The position numbers and the translations under genes are program-made. The notes under the pieces are model-generated. The model had not been told where the DNA came from, did no database searches, and saw only the letters and a list, made by a program, of their open reading frames with translations. A stretch of 60,268 bases of DNA, filler included. It is 5 parts of 5 records of this genome, joined end to end, with 100 filler letters (N's around TTAATTAATTAA, not from the genome) between each part and the next. Parts side by side here need not be neighbours in the genome. Positions count along the whole stretch, not along the records: positions 30,758 to 53,878 come from SRR31156797_9550; 4 more parts are not named here. One strand, 5' to 3'. Below are positions 38,325-48,876 of the stretch, in pieces (within the stretch, counting starts at the first letter, position 1; the number at the start of each line of letters is the position of its first letter).

Positions 38325-39467
38325 ATGCCATTTTCTACCTTAGGTCTTTCTCAAGAGTTATTACAAACTATTAATAGTCAAAACTATAAGGAACCATTTC
38401 CAATACAAAAAGAGGCTATTCCTGCTATTTTGAAAAACAAAGATGTGCTGGGAATTGCCAAAACCGGAGCAGGTAAAACTGCCAGTTATGTGCTACCTAT
38501 TCTCATGCAACAGCAAAATGCAAAACCTAAAGAAAATAGACATATAAATGTATTGGTTCTTGTACCCACAAGGGAATTAGCAAATCAGGTGGTTGATGTA
38601 TTCAAATTATTTGGGAATACACTCTCCAAACCTATAAAAACAAAAGCTGTATTCGGTGGCGTGGCAATTAACCCGCAAATGAAAAGCTTGATGGGTACAC
38701 AAATTTTAGTTGCCACACCCGGACGATTAATTGAACTAATGGAATCCAATGCAGTTCATATTTCAGATGTTGATACGCTTGTGCTTGATGAAGCAGATAA
38801 AATGCTCAATATGGGCTTCAAAGATCAAATGGACGAAATACTTGCTAATCTGCCCAAAAAGAGACAAAATCTGCTTTTCTCAGCCACTTTAAACGAAGAT
38901 ATCAAACAGGTTGAAAAATTACTTTTAAACAATCCAATTACTATTTCTATTGGCCAGGAAAATGACCCTATAGACCTGATTCAACAGTTTGCCTATTTTG
39001 TCTCAGAAGAGAAAAAAGGTCCATTGCTCAGACATCTAATAAAAAGCAAAAATATGCAGCAAGTATTAGTCTTTACCTCATCGGTACAAAAGGCTACCCA
39101 AGTTGCCAATAAATTGCGTAATAATGGTATTGATGCTCAGGCTATTCACAGCAAGAAAAGTCAGGGTGCCCGCACTGATCTATTGACAAAATTTAAACAT
39201 GGCCATATCCGTGTGTTGGTAGCAACTGATTTATTATCTCGTGGAATTGATATTGAGTTTTTACCCTATGTAATCAATTATGAACTTCCCCGTTCTCCCA
39301 AAGATTTTATACATCGGGTTGGACGAACCGGCCGTGCAGAATCACCCGGAGAGGCTATTTCGCTTATCACACCTGGAGAAACACACCATTTCAAAGTGAT
39401 ATTAAAAAAATTGAAGAAATGGGTAGACAAAATCGATGGTAACGAAATTGTAGATAATATAAAATAG
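38325..39467 (+). CDS. DEAD-box RNA helicase (RhlE-like core)
   Basis: AKTGAGKT, PTRELA, DEAD, SAT, HRVGRTGRA. Confidence 0.93.
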   Translation: MPFSTLGLSQELLQTINSQNYKEPFPIQKEAIPAILKNKDVLGIAKTGAGKTASYVLPILMQQQNAKPKENRHINVLVLVPTRELANQVVDVFKLFGNTLSKPIKTKAVFGGVAINPQMKSLMGTQILVATPGRLIELMESNAVHISDVDTLVLDEADKMLNMGFKDQMDEILANLPKKRQNLLFSATLNEDIKQVEKLLLNNPITISIGQENDPIDLIQQFAYFVSEEKKGPLLRHLIKSKNMQQVLVFTSSVQKATQVANKLRNNGIDAQAIHSKKSQGARTDLLTKFKHGHIRVLVATDLLSRGIDIEFLPYVINYELPRSPKDFIHRVGRTGRAESPGEAISLITPGETHHFKVILKKLKKWVDKIDGNEIVDNIK

Positions 39468-39478
39468 ACTCTAATATT

Positions 39479-40807
39479 GTGGATAGCAAATACAATACAT
39501 TCATAGAATCAGTGCTAAACAAGTTCGAAGTAGCATCACTCACACCCATGCAGGAAGAAGCTTACAAAGTGATTCAGTCCAACTCTGATGTGGTATTGCT
39601 TTCTCCTACAGGTACAGGAAAAACACTGGCTTATTTGTTACCTCTCGTTGAAAAACTCGACCCTGAGAATACTGACATACAGATGCTTATACTAGTGCCT
39701 TCGCGTGAACTGGCCATCCAGATTGAGCAAGTGATTCGAAAAATGGGTGCTGGGTTTAAAATTAACGCAGTATATGGTGGAAGATCCGGAACATTGGATA
39801 AAATGGAGCTCAAACATCGCCCAGCCATTCTTATTGGCACACCCGGTCGTGTAGCTGACAGATTTAGAAGAGATAACTACACTTTAGATCATATTCAAAC
39901 GCTTGTATTAGATGAGTTTGATAAATCGTTGGAAGTTGGTTTTGAAAACGAAATGATTGAAATTGTAGATGCACTGGACAATTTAAAAACCCGTGTACTT
40001 ACTTCAGCTACCACCCAGCCTAAAATCCCTCCGTTTGTGGGATTGCAGAAACCCAAGTTTATCAATTATTTGACAGAAGAAACATCTCAACTTAGCGTTA
40101 AAACCATATTGTCTCCAGAAAAAGACAAACTTGATACTTTAGTAAAAACGCTGAACCATCTTGGTGACCAGCCAGGGATCATTTTTTGCAGTTTCAAAGA
40201 TGCATTGCAACGCGTTAGTGATCACCTAAATACAAACCACATAACTCATGAGTGTTTTCATGGCGATATGGAACAAATTGATCGCGAAAGAGCATTAATT
40301 AAGTTTCGTAATGGCACACATCAACTGCTAGTAGCAACAGATTTAGCTGCACGCGGCTTGGACATACCAGAAATTAAATTCATTTTACATTATCACCTTC
40401 CTCTACACAAAAGGGAATTTACTCATCGTAATGGGCGAACTGCCCGCATGAACCGTGATGGAGCGGCATATATCTTACATTGGGAAGAAGAAAATGTACC
40501 AGAATATTTGCAAAAAATTGATATTGAAACCCTCAAAGTAAATGATTTAAGCAAATCTACTGAAAGTAAGTCTCAGCAATGGAAAACACTCTACATTACA
40601 GGAGGCAGAAAAGATAAAATATCCAAGGGTGATATCGCTGGTTTATTCTTAAAGCAAGGAGAACTGAGCAAAGAACAACTAGGAATCATTGAATTGGGTC
40701 TAAATAGTTCATATGTTGCAGTACATGCAGAAATCGCACAACAAGCCATTGATAAAACCAATAATAGTAGGTTAAAGAAAAAGAAAGTGAGAATTAGTGA
40801 GCTTTAA
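39479..40807 (+). CDS. dbpA: DbpA-like DEAD-box helicase with a C-terminal RNA-binding domain
   Basis: SPTGTGKT, DEFD, HRNGRTAR; C-terminal GGRKDKISKGDIAG. Confidence 0.85.
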   Translation: MDSKYNTFIESVLNKFEVASLTPMQEEAYKVIQSNSDVVLLSPTGTGKTLAYLLPLVEKLDPENTDIQMLILVPSRELAIQIEQVIRKMGAGFKINAVYGGRSGTLDKMELKHRPAILIGTPGRVADRFRRDNYTLDHIQTLVLDEFDKSLEVGFENEMIEIVDALDNLKTRVLTSATTQPKIPPFVGLQKPKFINYLTEETSQLSVKTILSPEKDKLDTLVKTLNHLGDQPGIIFCSFKDALQRVSDHLNTNHITHECFHGDMEQIDRERALIKFRNGTHQLLVATDLAARGLDIPEIKFILHYHLPLHKREFTHRNGRTARMNRDGAAYILHWEEENVPEYLQKIDIETLKVNDLSKSTESKSQQWKTLYITGGRKDKISKGDIAGLFLKQGELSKEQLGIIELGLNSSYVAVHAEIAQQAIDKTNNSRLKKKKVRISEL

Positions 40808-40834
40808 AAAAAGCTATTCTTCCACATTCTTAAT

Positions 40835-41554
40835 TCATGTAATGGGAATTTCTTTCAGTTTTCGCTTATAAAATACACTAATTAGAATGCCAATTGTTAT
40901 TAAAACTAACCAATTAATCGAAATGGTAGCTACTTCAAAACGGTAATCTCTTTCTATACCAAATTGAATTGCATAAGCAATAAACGCCATGATGTTCAAA
41001 ATAACCTGACCAACAAGAATATACCGAAGTGTTTTCTCCAATGCCTTATTTCCTGAAAACAAAGGTGCTAAAAACAAAAGTGCAATACTCATGGTAATAT
41101 AGCCAAGCTCTTCCAGCGCGATGAAAAATCCATGTCCATTGTATTGCGTTATCAATGCAATACCTTCTGTTTCATTATTCATCATGCTCACCGGGACAAT
41201 AGAAAACTGTGTATAGTATGCGATGAGTAAAACAGTGGCAGAAATAAAGGCAAAAGCCATGCTTATGGAGCTAAATAATCGCTTCTCGACATTAGCAATA
41301 TTGTGATTTACCACCATAAAAATTAAGAATGCAAACAACTGAAAAATAGCCAAATACATCCAAATATAATCTCTTGGATAATAATCAAGTAAATCAGTAT
41401 AGGGATATGTCATACAGTTACCCGGGCAATAGGGACCGGAAGGTGGTACAGCCATCATGGCCAACCCAAAAGTTATAAAGGTTAAAATAGCCAAACTCAA
41501 TGAAGCGTAAAGGCCAAACTTTAGTTTATGATTATGGATTTGTTGATCTGCCAT
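40835..41554 (-). CDS. Hypothetical multi-pass membrane protein
   Basis: About six hydrophobic segments; PPSGPYCPGNC loop. Confidence 0.7.
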   Translation of the reverse strand: MADQQIHNHKLKFGLYASLSLAILTFITFGLAMMAVPPSGPYCPGNCMTYPYTDLLDYYPRDYIWMYLAIFQLFAFLIFMVVNHNIANVEKRLFSSISMAFAFISATVLLIAYYTQFSIVPVSMMNNETEGIALITQYNGHGFFIALEELGYITMSIALLFLAPLFSGNKALEKTLRYILVGQVILNIMAFIAYAIQFGIERDYRFEVATISINWLVLITIGILISVFYKRKLKEIPIT

Positions 41555-41692
41555 TGTACGAAATTAAAATACACAATAGACTATTCACATTTAAAATTAG
41601 ACATATTATTCTCGACAAAAAAGTTATATAATAAATTAAATTATGTATAATCCTTCAAAATGAAAGAGATAAATACCTTATCCAGAATTGTA

Positions 41693-42100
41693 TTATTCTA
41701 ACTCAAAGCTTTTAAACCACTCAATTGCTTCCTCTTCTGAGTTGAATAGCTTCAGAGGTAAACCAAACTTACCAGATACTTTAATAATCATATTTAGATA
41801 ATATTTTTTAAAAACATTACCATCAAAAACACTACCTGCCCTTTTTAGTCCGGATTTCATGGCCTTTGGTAACATTTCTGCTTCAAACCATTTACGGTTT
41901 TCAGGTGAAACCACTCCCTGATTTCTAATATCAGATAAAAAATTATCCACAGGATTCGTTTTACTGTAATTAAGCATTGTCTCAAATGCTCCCCTGTACT
42001 CTTCATTGGAAGCTTTTTTCTTCCATACTACTTTGCCTAGTTTTAATTCAGGTACATAAGAGATCTCAACAACTTCACTATCAAAAATAATATTTTTCAT
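41693..42100 (-). CDS. STAS/SEC14 (SpoIIAA-like) small protein
   Basis: LSDIR...SPENRKW, C-terminal F.SEEEAIEW. Confidence 0.7.
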   Translation of the reverse strand: MKNIIFDSEVVEISYVPELKLGKVVWKKKASNEEYRGAFETMLNYSKTNPVDNFLSDIRNQGVVSPENRKWFEAEMLPKAMKSGLKRAGSVFDGNVFKKYYLNMIIKVSGKFGLPLKLFNSEEEAIEWFKSFELE

Positions 42101-42212
42101 TGGTTTAAATAGTTGGTTATTAACTCAAAATTAAAATAAATACTGAAATTTCAGCCATGTGAATTGAAATTTATTCGCATTTTGATATAACAATCATGAA
42201 ATCAGATGGAAA

Positions 42213-42581
42213 TTAATTGCTTTTAAGCCAATTATTTGCTGCTTCTATTGTTGAAAAAACATTTCTAATGGTTTTCTCATTAGACTTTCCTGACTTAAAT
42301 AAAATAGTAAGTGCTGTATCTTTAGGATTAGAAACAACTAAAGCAGTTCTTATGCTTTTATACTTAGTAGTCGCTTTTTTGGCTAATCGTATAACTTCGT
42401 CAACCTCATCAATATCGATTTTCAACTTTGCTTTTCGCAAATCGTACAATAGTAAAAGATCTGTTGGCAAACTAGTAAACTGTTCAAATGCAACTAAATA
42501 ATCGTTAATATCCTTTGCAGTAACCAAATCAATAAAGGTCACATAAAAAACCTCGTTATCTTTAAATTCATAGGATATCAT
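42213..42581 (-). CDS. STAS/SEC14-like small protein
   Basis: LYDLR, ALVVSNP, FSTIEAANNWL. Confidence 0.65.
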   Translation of the reverse strand: MISYEFKDNEVFYVTFIDLVTAKDINDYLVAFEQFTSLPTDLLLLYDLRKAKLKIDIDEVDEVIRLAKKATTKYKSIRTALVVSNPKDTALTILFKSGKSNEKTIRNVFSTIEAANNWLKSN

Positions 42582-42732
42582 TGCATCTGTTTTGATAATT
42601 TAATATGCATATGCCAATTAAACAAAAGTTGAGAGAGATAATTGAATGTCTTAAGAAAAACTTTAGGCTAAAATTAACCCAATTTTCAACTGCTTCCAAA
42701 AATAATTAGATGACGAGGCGATGTTCATTGAA

Positions 42733-43107
42733 TTAACGAAGAAATTCATATGCTGCTTCTATTGTTGAAAAGAGTTCAACGTAAAAATTGTTTCGTTTGG
42801 CTGATTCACTTCCAACCAAAAAAGAGAGGGTATATTCTGCAGGGTTATTTACAATCACAGCATTCCGTTTCCCGCTAATTATATGATTTAATGAATCCAG
42901 AAAACCATCAATTGGTTTTAACGCCTCTTGAGAAAATGTAAATTTAGCATCTGTGTAGTCGGTTAACAAGTTATATCCATTTTCCGTAAATTCTTGCATA
43001 GACAATAAATGCTTCCATACATCTTCAAGTTCTTCCATAGAAACATCACCCGTATGTTTATTAATTACTACTTTATTTTTATGGTCTATGTCAATGGTGT
43101 AGCTCAT
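42733..43107 (-). CDS. STAS/SEC14-like small protein
   Basis: LTDYTDA, AVIVNNP, FSTIEAAYEFL. Confidence 0.65.
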   Translation of the reverse strand: MSYTIDIDHKNKVVINKHTGDVSMEELEDVWKHLLSMQEFTENGYNLLTDYTDAKFTFSQEALKPIDGFLDSLNHIISGKRNAVIVNNPAEYTLSFLVGSESAKRNNFYVELFSTIEAAYEFLR

Positions 43108-43241
43108 AATCTGTTTAATAATCTTTTACTCTAATTCGTTAAAATGCAATACATTATATACAACTATTTAAAAGACCTAATGTTTAAAGATTTACATATG
43201 TTAAAATATAAATAATCTGGAAACCATTGGCTGCAATGAAT

Positions 43242-43277
43242 AAAAAATGCCTTTAAAACTATTTAGCTTTAAAGGCA
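43242..43277 (-). terminator. Intrinsic terminator
   Basis: TGCCTTTAAA/TTTAAAGGCA stem plus a minus-strand T-run. Confidence 0.65.
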
Positions 43278-43302
43278 CAAATTGAATATTTCCAGCAATT
43301 AT

Positions 43303-44049
43303 TTAATCATCGGCTAAACTATTTACTTTCTTAAATGCAAAACCAGGAGCCCATCGGGAAACTTTATAGAGCAATTTTGCTCCTGCAATGCGAATCTCAA
43401 GCTTTCCTTTATCAAGGCCATTTATCATTTCATCTACAGCTTTCTTCGGTGAAATGGCAATTTTTGGAGGATTACCGTTATGCCAGGGTGTGTCAACAGC
43501 GGGAAACATCACTTCAAAAATTTTCAGCTGCGTTTGCTCAGCCTGTTTTCGCAACACTTGAGTAAAGGAGTGCAAAGCAGCCTTTGTAGCATTATAAAAT
43601 GGATAATCGGCTCTTGGAGTATAAATCAAACCCGTTGTAACATTTACAATTGCAGGATTACTATTCTTTTGAATTATCCCGTTTAATTGATGAATTAAAT
43701 GAATGGGAGCCAATAGATTTGTAGCTATCTCCTTTTCTGCCATATTCATTATCTCATCAGTCTCAAAAAATGATGTCTTATGCACAATTGCTGCATTATT
43801 TATAAGCAAATTCAAATCCGGATGTTCTTTTTTAAGTGAGGATACCAATTCTTGAGTTTGAGCTTTATCAGCAATATCACATTGATATATTTCGAGCTCA
43901 GGCAACTTTTGTTTTGCCTCTTCCAGTTTTTGAAGTGATCTGCCACAAATAATTACTTTATTCTTTTGTGCAACAAATCTTTTGCTTAATTCAAAACCAA
44001 TTCCGGAACTTCCGCCGGTAATAAAAATTGTGTTTCCAGTTAATTTCAT
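43303..44049 (-). CDS. Short-chain dehydrogenase/reductase (DltE-like)
   Basis: ITGGSSGIG, INNA, YNATKAALHSFT, PAVDT. Confidence 0.9.
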   Translation of the reverse strand: MKLTGNTIFITGGSSGIGFELSKRFVAQKNKVIICGRSLQKLEEAKQKLPELEIYQCDIADKAQTQELVSSLKKEHPDLNLLINNAAIVHKTSFFETDEIMNMAEKEIATNLLAPIHLIHQLNGIIQKNSNPAIVNVTTGLIYTPRADYPFYNATKAALHSFTQVLRKQAEQTQLKIFEVMFPAVDTPWHNGNPPKIAISPKKAVDEMINGLDKGKLEIRIAGAKLLYKVSRWAPGFAFKKVNSLADD

Positions 44050-44117
44050 GATTATACTTTTAAGGTTAATTATTACCCAAAAGTATATCAGCAAAATTAA
44101 CTGTGCATTGATGTATG

Positions 44118-44696
44118 TTAAGTATGGATTTTTTTTCTTATTCTACTTAGACTTTCCGGCTGTATTCCAAGGTAAGAAGCAATTATTGTCTGACTAATTC
44201 TTTTTTCAACTTCAGGAAATTCTTTTAGAAAATTTTGATACCGCTGTTCAGCATTTAACAATAGCAAATCACGTTCTCTTTTCTCTTTAATCATGAATCC
44301 TTTCTCGACAAATTTCAATAAAAACTCCACCCAAAATGGATCAGAATTGAGCAAATCTTTCCATTTTGTATAGGGTATTCTCAATACCTCGGAATGCTCT
44401 AGTGCCTCTATGTAAAAATATGAAGGTGTTTGAGTTATCATCGCAGAATAAGCACTTATAAAGTTGTTTTCGGGAATTATACCTTTTGTAAATTCGTTGC
44501 CCTTATCATTTATGTAAACATATCTGAATAATCCTGATGAAACAAATGCCATTTTTTGAGGTATTTCCCCTGCCCTAATGAAATACTCATTCATTTTAAT
44601 GCTTTCAATTGTACAAATTGCTAGCATTTCCTTAAGTTTATCCGGAGGCAATAATTGCTGTAACATATCTCCAATAAAATATTGATTGTTTATCAA
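44118..44696 (-). CDS. Crp/Fnr-family transcriptional regulator
   Basis: SGLFRYVY, AEQRY..F, IASYLGIQPESLSRIRK. Confidence 0.9.
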   Translation of the reverse strand: MINNQYFIGDMLQQLLPPDKLKEMLAICTIESIKMNEYFIRAGEIPQKMAFVSSGLFRYVYINDKGNEFTKGIIPENNFISAYSAMITQTPSYFYIEALEHSEVLRIPYTKWKDLLNSDPFWVEFLLKFVEKGFMIKEKRERDLLLLNAEQRYQNFLKEFPEVEKRISQTIIASYLGIQPESLSRIRKKIHT

Positions 44697-44704
44697 TCCT
44701 ATTT

Positions 44705-45103
44705 CTACTCAACCTTTATACGTGTTTCAATAATATTATTTCCGTCCTCAGTATAAGACAATGTCAGAATATTGTCATTTACCTGATATACAAAATTCTG
44801 TCCGTTATCAATTGTCAGCGTATTTGTTTCAACGTTAACATCGAAATACCCACTACTTTCAAATCCTGATCCATAATTTAAATACTCACCACTGAAATCA
44901 TTGCTATCATCATCATCTGAAAACATCAGAAAATCACAACAGCGAATTGACATATCCATTATCCCATTGACTTCATAGGTTTGTATTTCCCAATTTCCAA
45001 TAAGCCCTGTTTGTGTAAGTTTATATTGATTATCATCTTCATCTTCTTGACAAGCTAAAAAAAGAAAAACTAAGGTCAATAATGCTAGTAAAGTCTTTTT
45101 CAT
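44705..45103 (-). CDS. Lipocalin-like lipoprotein
   Basis: Lipobox FLAC followed by an acidic stretch; LIGNWEI. Confidence 0.7.
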   Translation of the reverse strand: MKKTLLALLTLVFLFLACQEDEDDNQYKLTQTGLIGNWEIQTYEVNGIMDMSIRCCDFLMFSDDDDSNDFSGEYLNYGSGFESSGYFDVNVETNTLTIDNGQNFVYQVNDNILTLSYTEDGNNIIETRIKVE

Positions 45104-45121
45104 CGTTATTAAAATCTAAAT

Positions 45122-45550
45122 TCATCTTTTTTCATCAAATGATCCTTTAATTTGGAGCATAAACTCCTTGATCTGGAAACCTTCAATTTTCTTCTTCTGA
45201 AAATAGTCATTAAGCAGTACATCTAACTCTTCATCAACATAATCTTCAATTATATCGCCATTTTCAGCATACAAATGATGATGATTGGACATGATACCAT
45301 CATAGCGCATCACATCATTCTCAGTAGTAACCTTTTTAATGAGTTTATGTTCAACAAATGTTTCCAATACTTTGTAAACTGTACCCGATGCAATATTTGG
45401 ATTACTCTTCCGAATATGAGCAATTATTTTCTCAGCAGTTGGATGTCCTCCCAGTTTGTGAATGGCATCCAATATAGCAATTCGTTGTGGAGTTACTTTT
45501 AAGTGTTTTTCGGAAAGTAAATGCCTTATTTTATCAATTGAATTGCTCAT
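45122..45550 (-). CDS. Fur-family regulator, PerR-like
   Basis: TPQRIAIL, HPTAE, TVYKVL, RYD, HHH, IED; lies downstream of katG. Confidence 0.88.
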   Translation of the reverse strand: MSNSIDKIRHLLSEKHLKVTPQRIAILDAIHKLGGHPTAEKIIAHIRKSNPNIASGTVYKVLETFVEHKLIKKVTTENDVMRYDGIMSNHHHLYAENGDIIEDYVDEELDVLLNDYFQKKKIEGFQIKEFMLQIKGSFDEKR

Positions 45551-45590
45551 AAATTTAAGTTGAAATAATTACTACAAAAGTACTATCGAT

Positions 45591-45740
45591 TTTGAAAGAG
45601 GCTGTCTCATAAGTAAAAGACGTCATCTTGATCTCCCGCATAGAGGTGAAGCAATCTCTTTACACTAGTAATTAAGAGATTGCTTCGTCATACTTCCTCG
45701 CAATGACGTAGAGTTTTGACTTTTGAGACAGCCTTTCAAA
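45591..45740. mobile_element. Nested palindromic MITE/REP-like element
   Basis: Outer AGGCTGTCTCA/TGAGACAGCCT, middle ACGTCAT/ATGACGT, inner GAAGCAATCTCTT/AAGAGATTGCTTC. Confidence 0.6.
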
Positions 45741-45750
45741 TTAATCTATT

Positions 45751-47985
<2,235 letters not shown>

Positions 47986-48010
47986 TCACTCTAATTTTGA
48001 CACAAAACTT

Positions 48011-48029
48011 AATAAGAATAATTCTTATT
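48011..48029. promoter_or_regulatory. Perfect 9-1-9 palindrome, Fur/PerR box candidate
   Basis: AATAAGAAT-A-ATTCTTATT, 53-71 bp upstream of the katG start. Confidence 0.65.
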
Positions 48030-48087
48030 TAGAGAACATTCAAGTTACAACTTTATTGGATAAAAGTCAAGAAATGAGGAAATTATT

Positions 48088-48765
48088 TTATAAAAACTCC
48101 ATTATAATTGGAACTTCATTAGCCGTTTCTATAAGTATCTTTATATCATTGAGGCCAATTGCACCTTTGAAAATATTTTGTAATTGATTCAATTCATTTA
48201 ACTCTTTATGTAAAACCTTAGAATTAGCTTTGCTAACCTTCATAACGCAATCATAATTCAAATCATAAAGCATTTGCGCAAAAGTAGCTCCTACCCATCG
48301 GATTCTGGATAGATCTGTAAGTTTTGCAAGGAGGATAAGTTCCTCTTGCTCAATATCCATTTTATTAGCAAATTCTTTTCTTGATGTATTGTCGATTACA
48401 AATGGGAAAAGCTTTTTGGTATTGGTTATTTTTTGCTGTTTGAGTTTAAGTAATGTGTCAGAATTAATATGATCAAAATCAGCAAGTTTGTTTGGATTTG
48501 GTTGTAAACTCTTAATTTCGCGAAGTAATATTTTCAAATAATCATTTGTAAATAAAGGATTTAATTGATATTCTTCAATAAAGCCTTTCTTTTTTAAAGC
48601 TTTTAATAACTCTTCAAGATTTCGAATGCCCATTGTTTCAAAAAAACGAAATCGATTTTCAATATTATCTCTTAGTAATCGCCTACTTGGTGGTAAATAA
48701 CATGTAACAAGTTTATTAGCGTAATCTTTCAGTGAGATCTTTGCAAAATCAATATGGTAGCTCAT
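48088..48765 (-). CDS. DUF4332-like (helix-hairpin-helix) protein
   Basis: LTDLSRIRWVGATFAQML. Confidence 0.65.
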   Translation of the reverse strand: MSYHIDFAKISLKDYANKLVTCYLPPSRRLLRDNIENRFRFFETMGIRNLEELLKALKKKGFIEEYQLNPLFTNDYLKILLREIKSLQPNPNKLADFDHINSDTLLKLKQQKITNTKKLFPFVIDNTSRKEFANKMDIEQEELILLAKLTDLSRIRWVGATFAQMLYDLNYDCVMKVSKANSKVLHKELNELNQLQNIFKGAIGLNDIKILIETANEVPIIMEFL

Positions 48766-48814
48766 AAGTATAAAATTGAATAATGAAAGGTAAAGAAAAA
48801 AGTTATTAGATTGT

Positions 48815-48853
48815 AAAAAAATATCCCCGAAACAGATTTCTGTAACGGGGATA
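48815..48853 (-). terminator. Intrinsic terminator
   Basis: ATCCCCG..ACAG / CTGT..CGGGGAT stem plus a minus-strand T-run. Confidence 0.7.
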
Positions 48854-48876
48854 CAATTTGTAATGTGTTTTATTAA

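Noticed and set aside
41693-43107. STAS-like genes as partners of the Sia/PP2C cluster
   Set aside because: They are on a different contig from an apparently different phylum.
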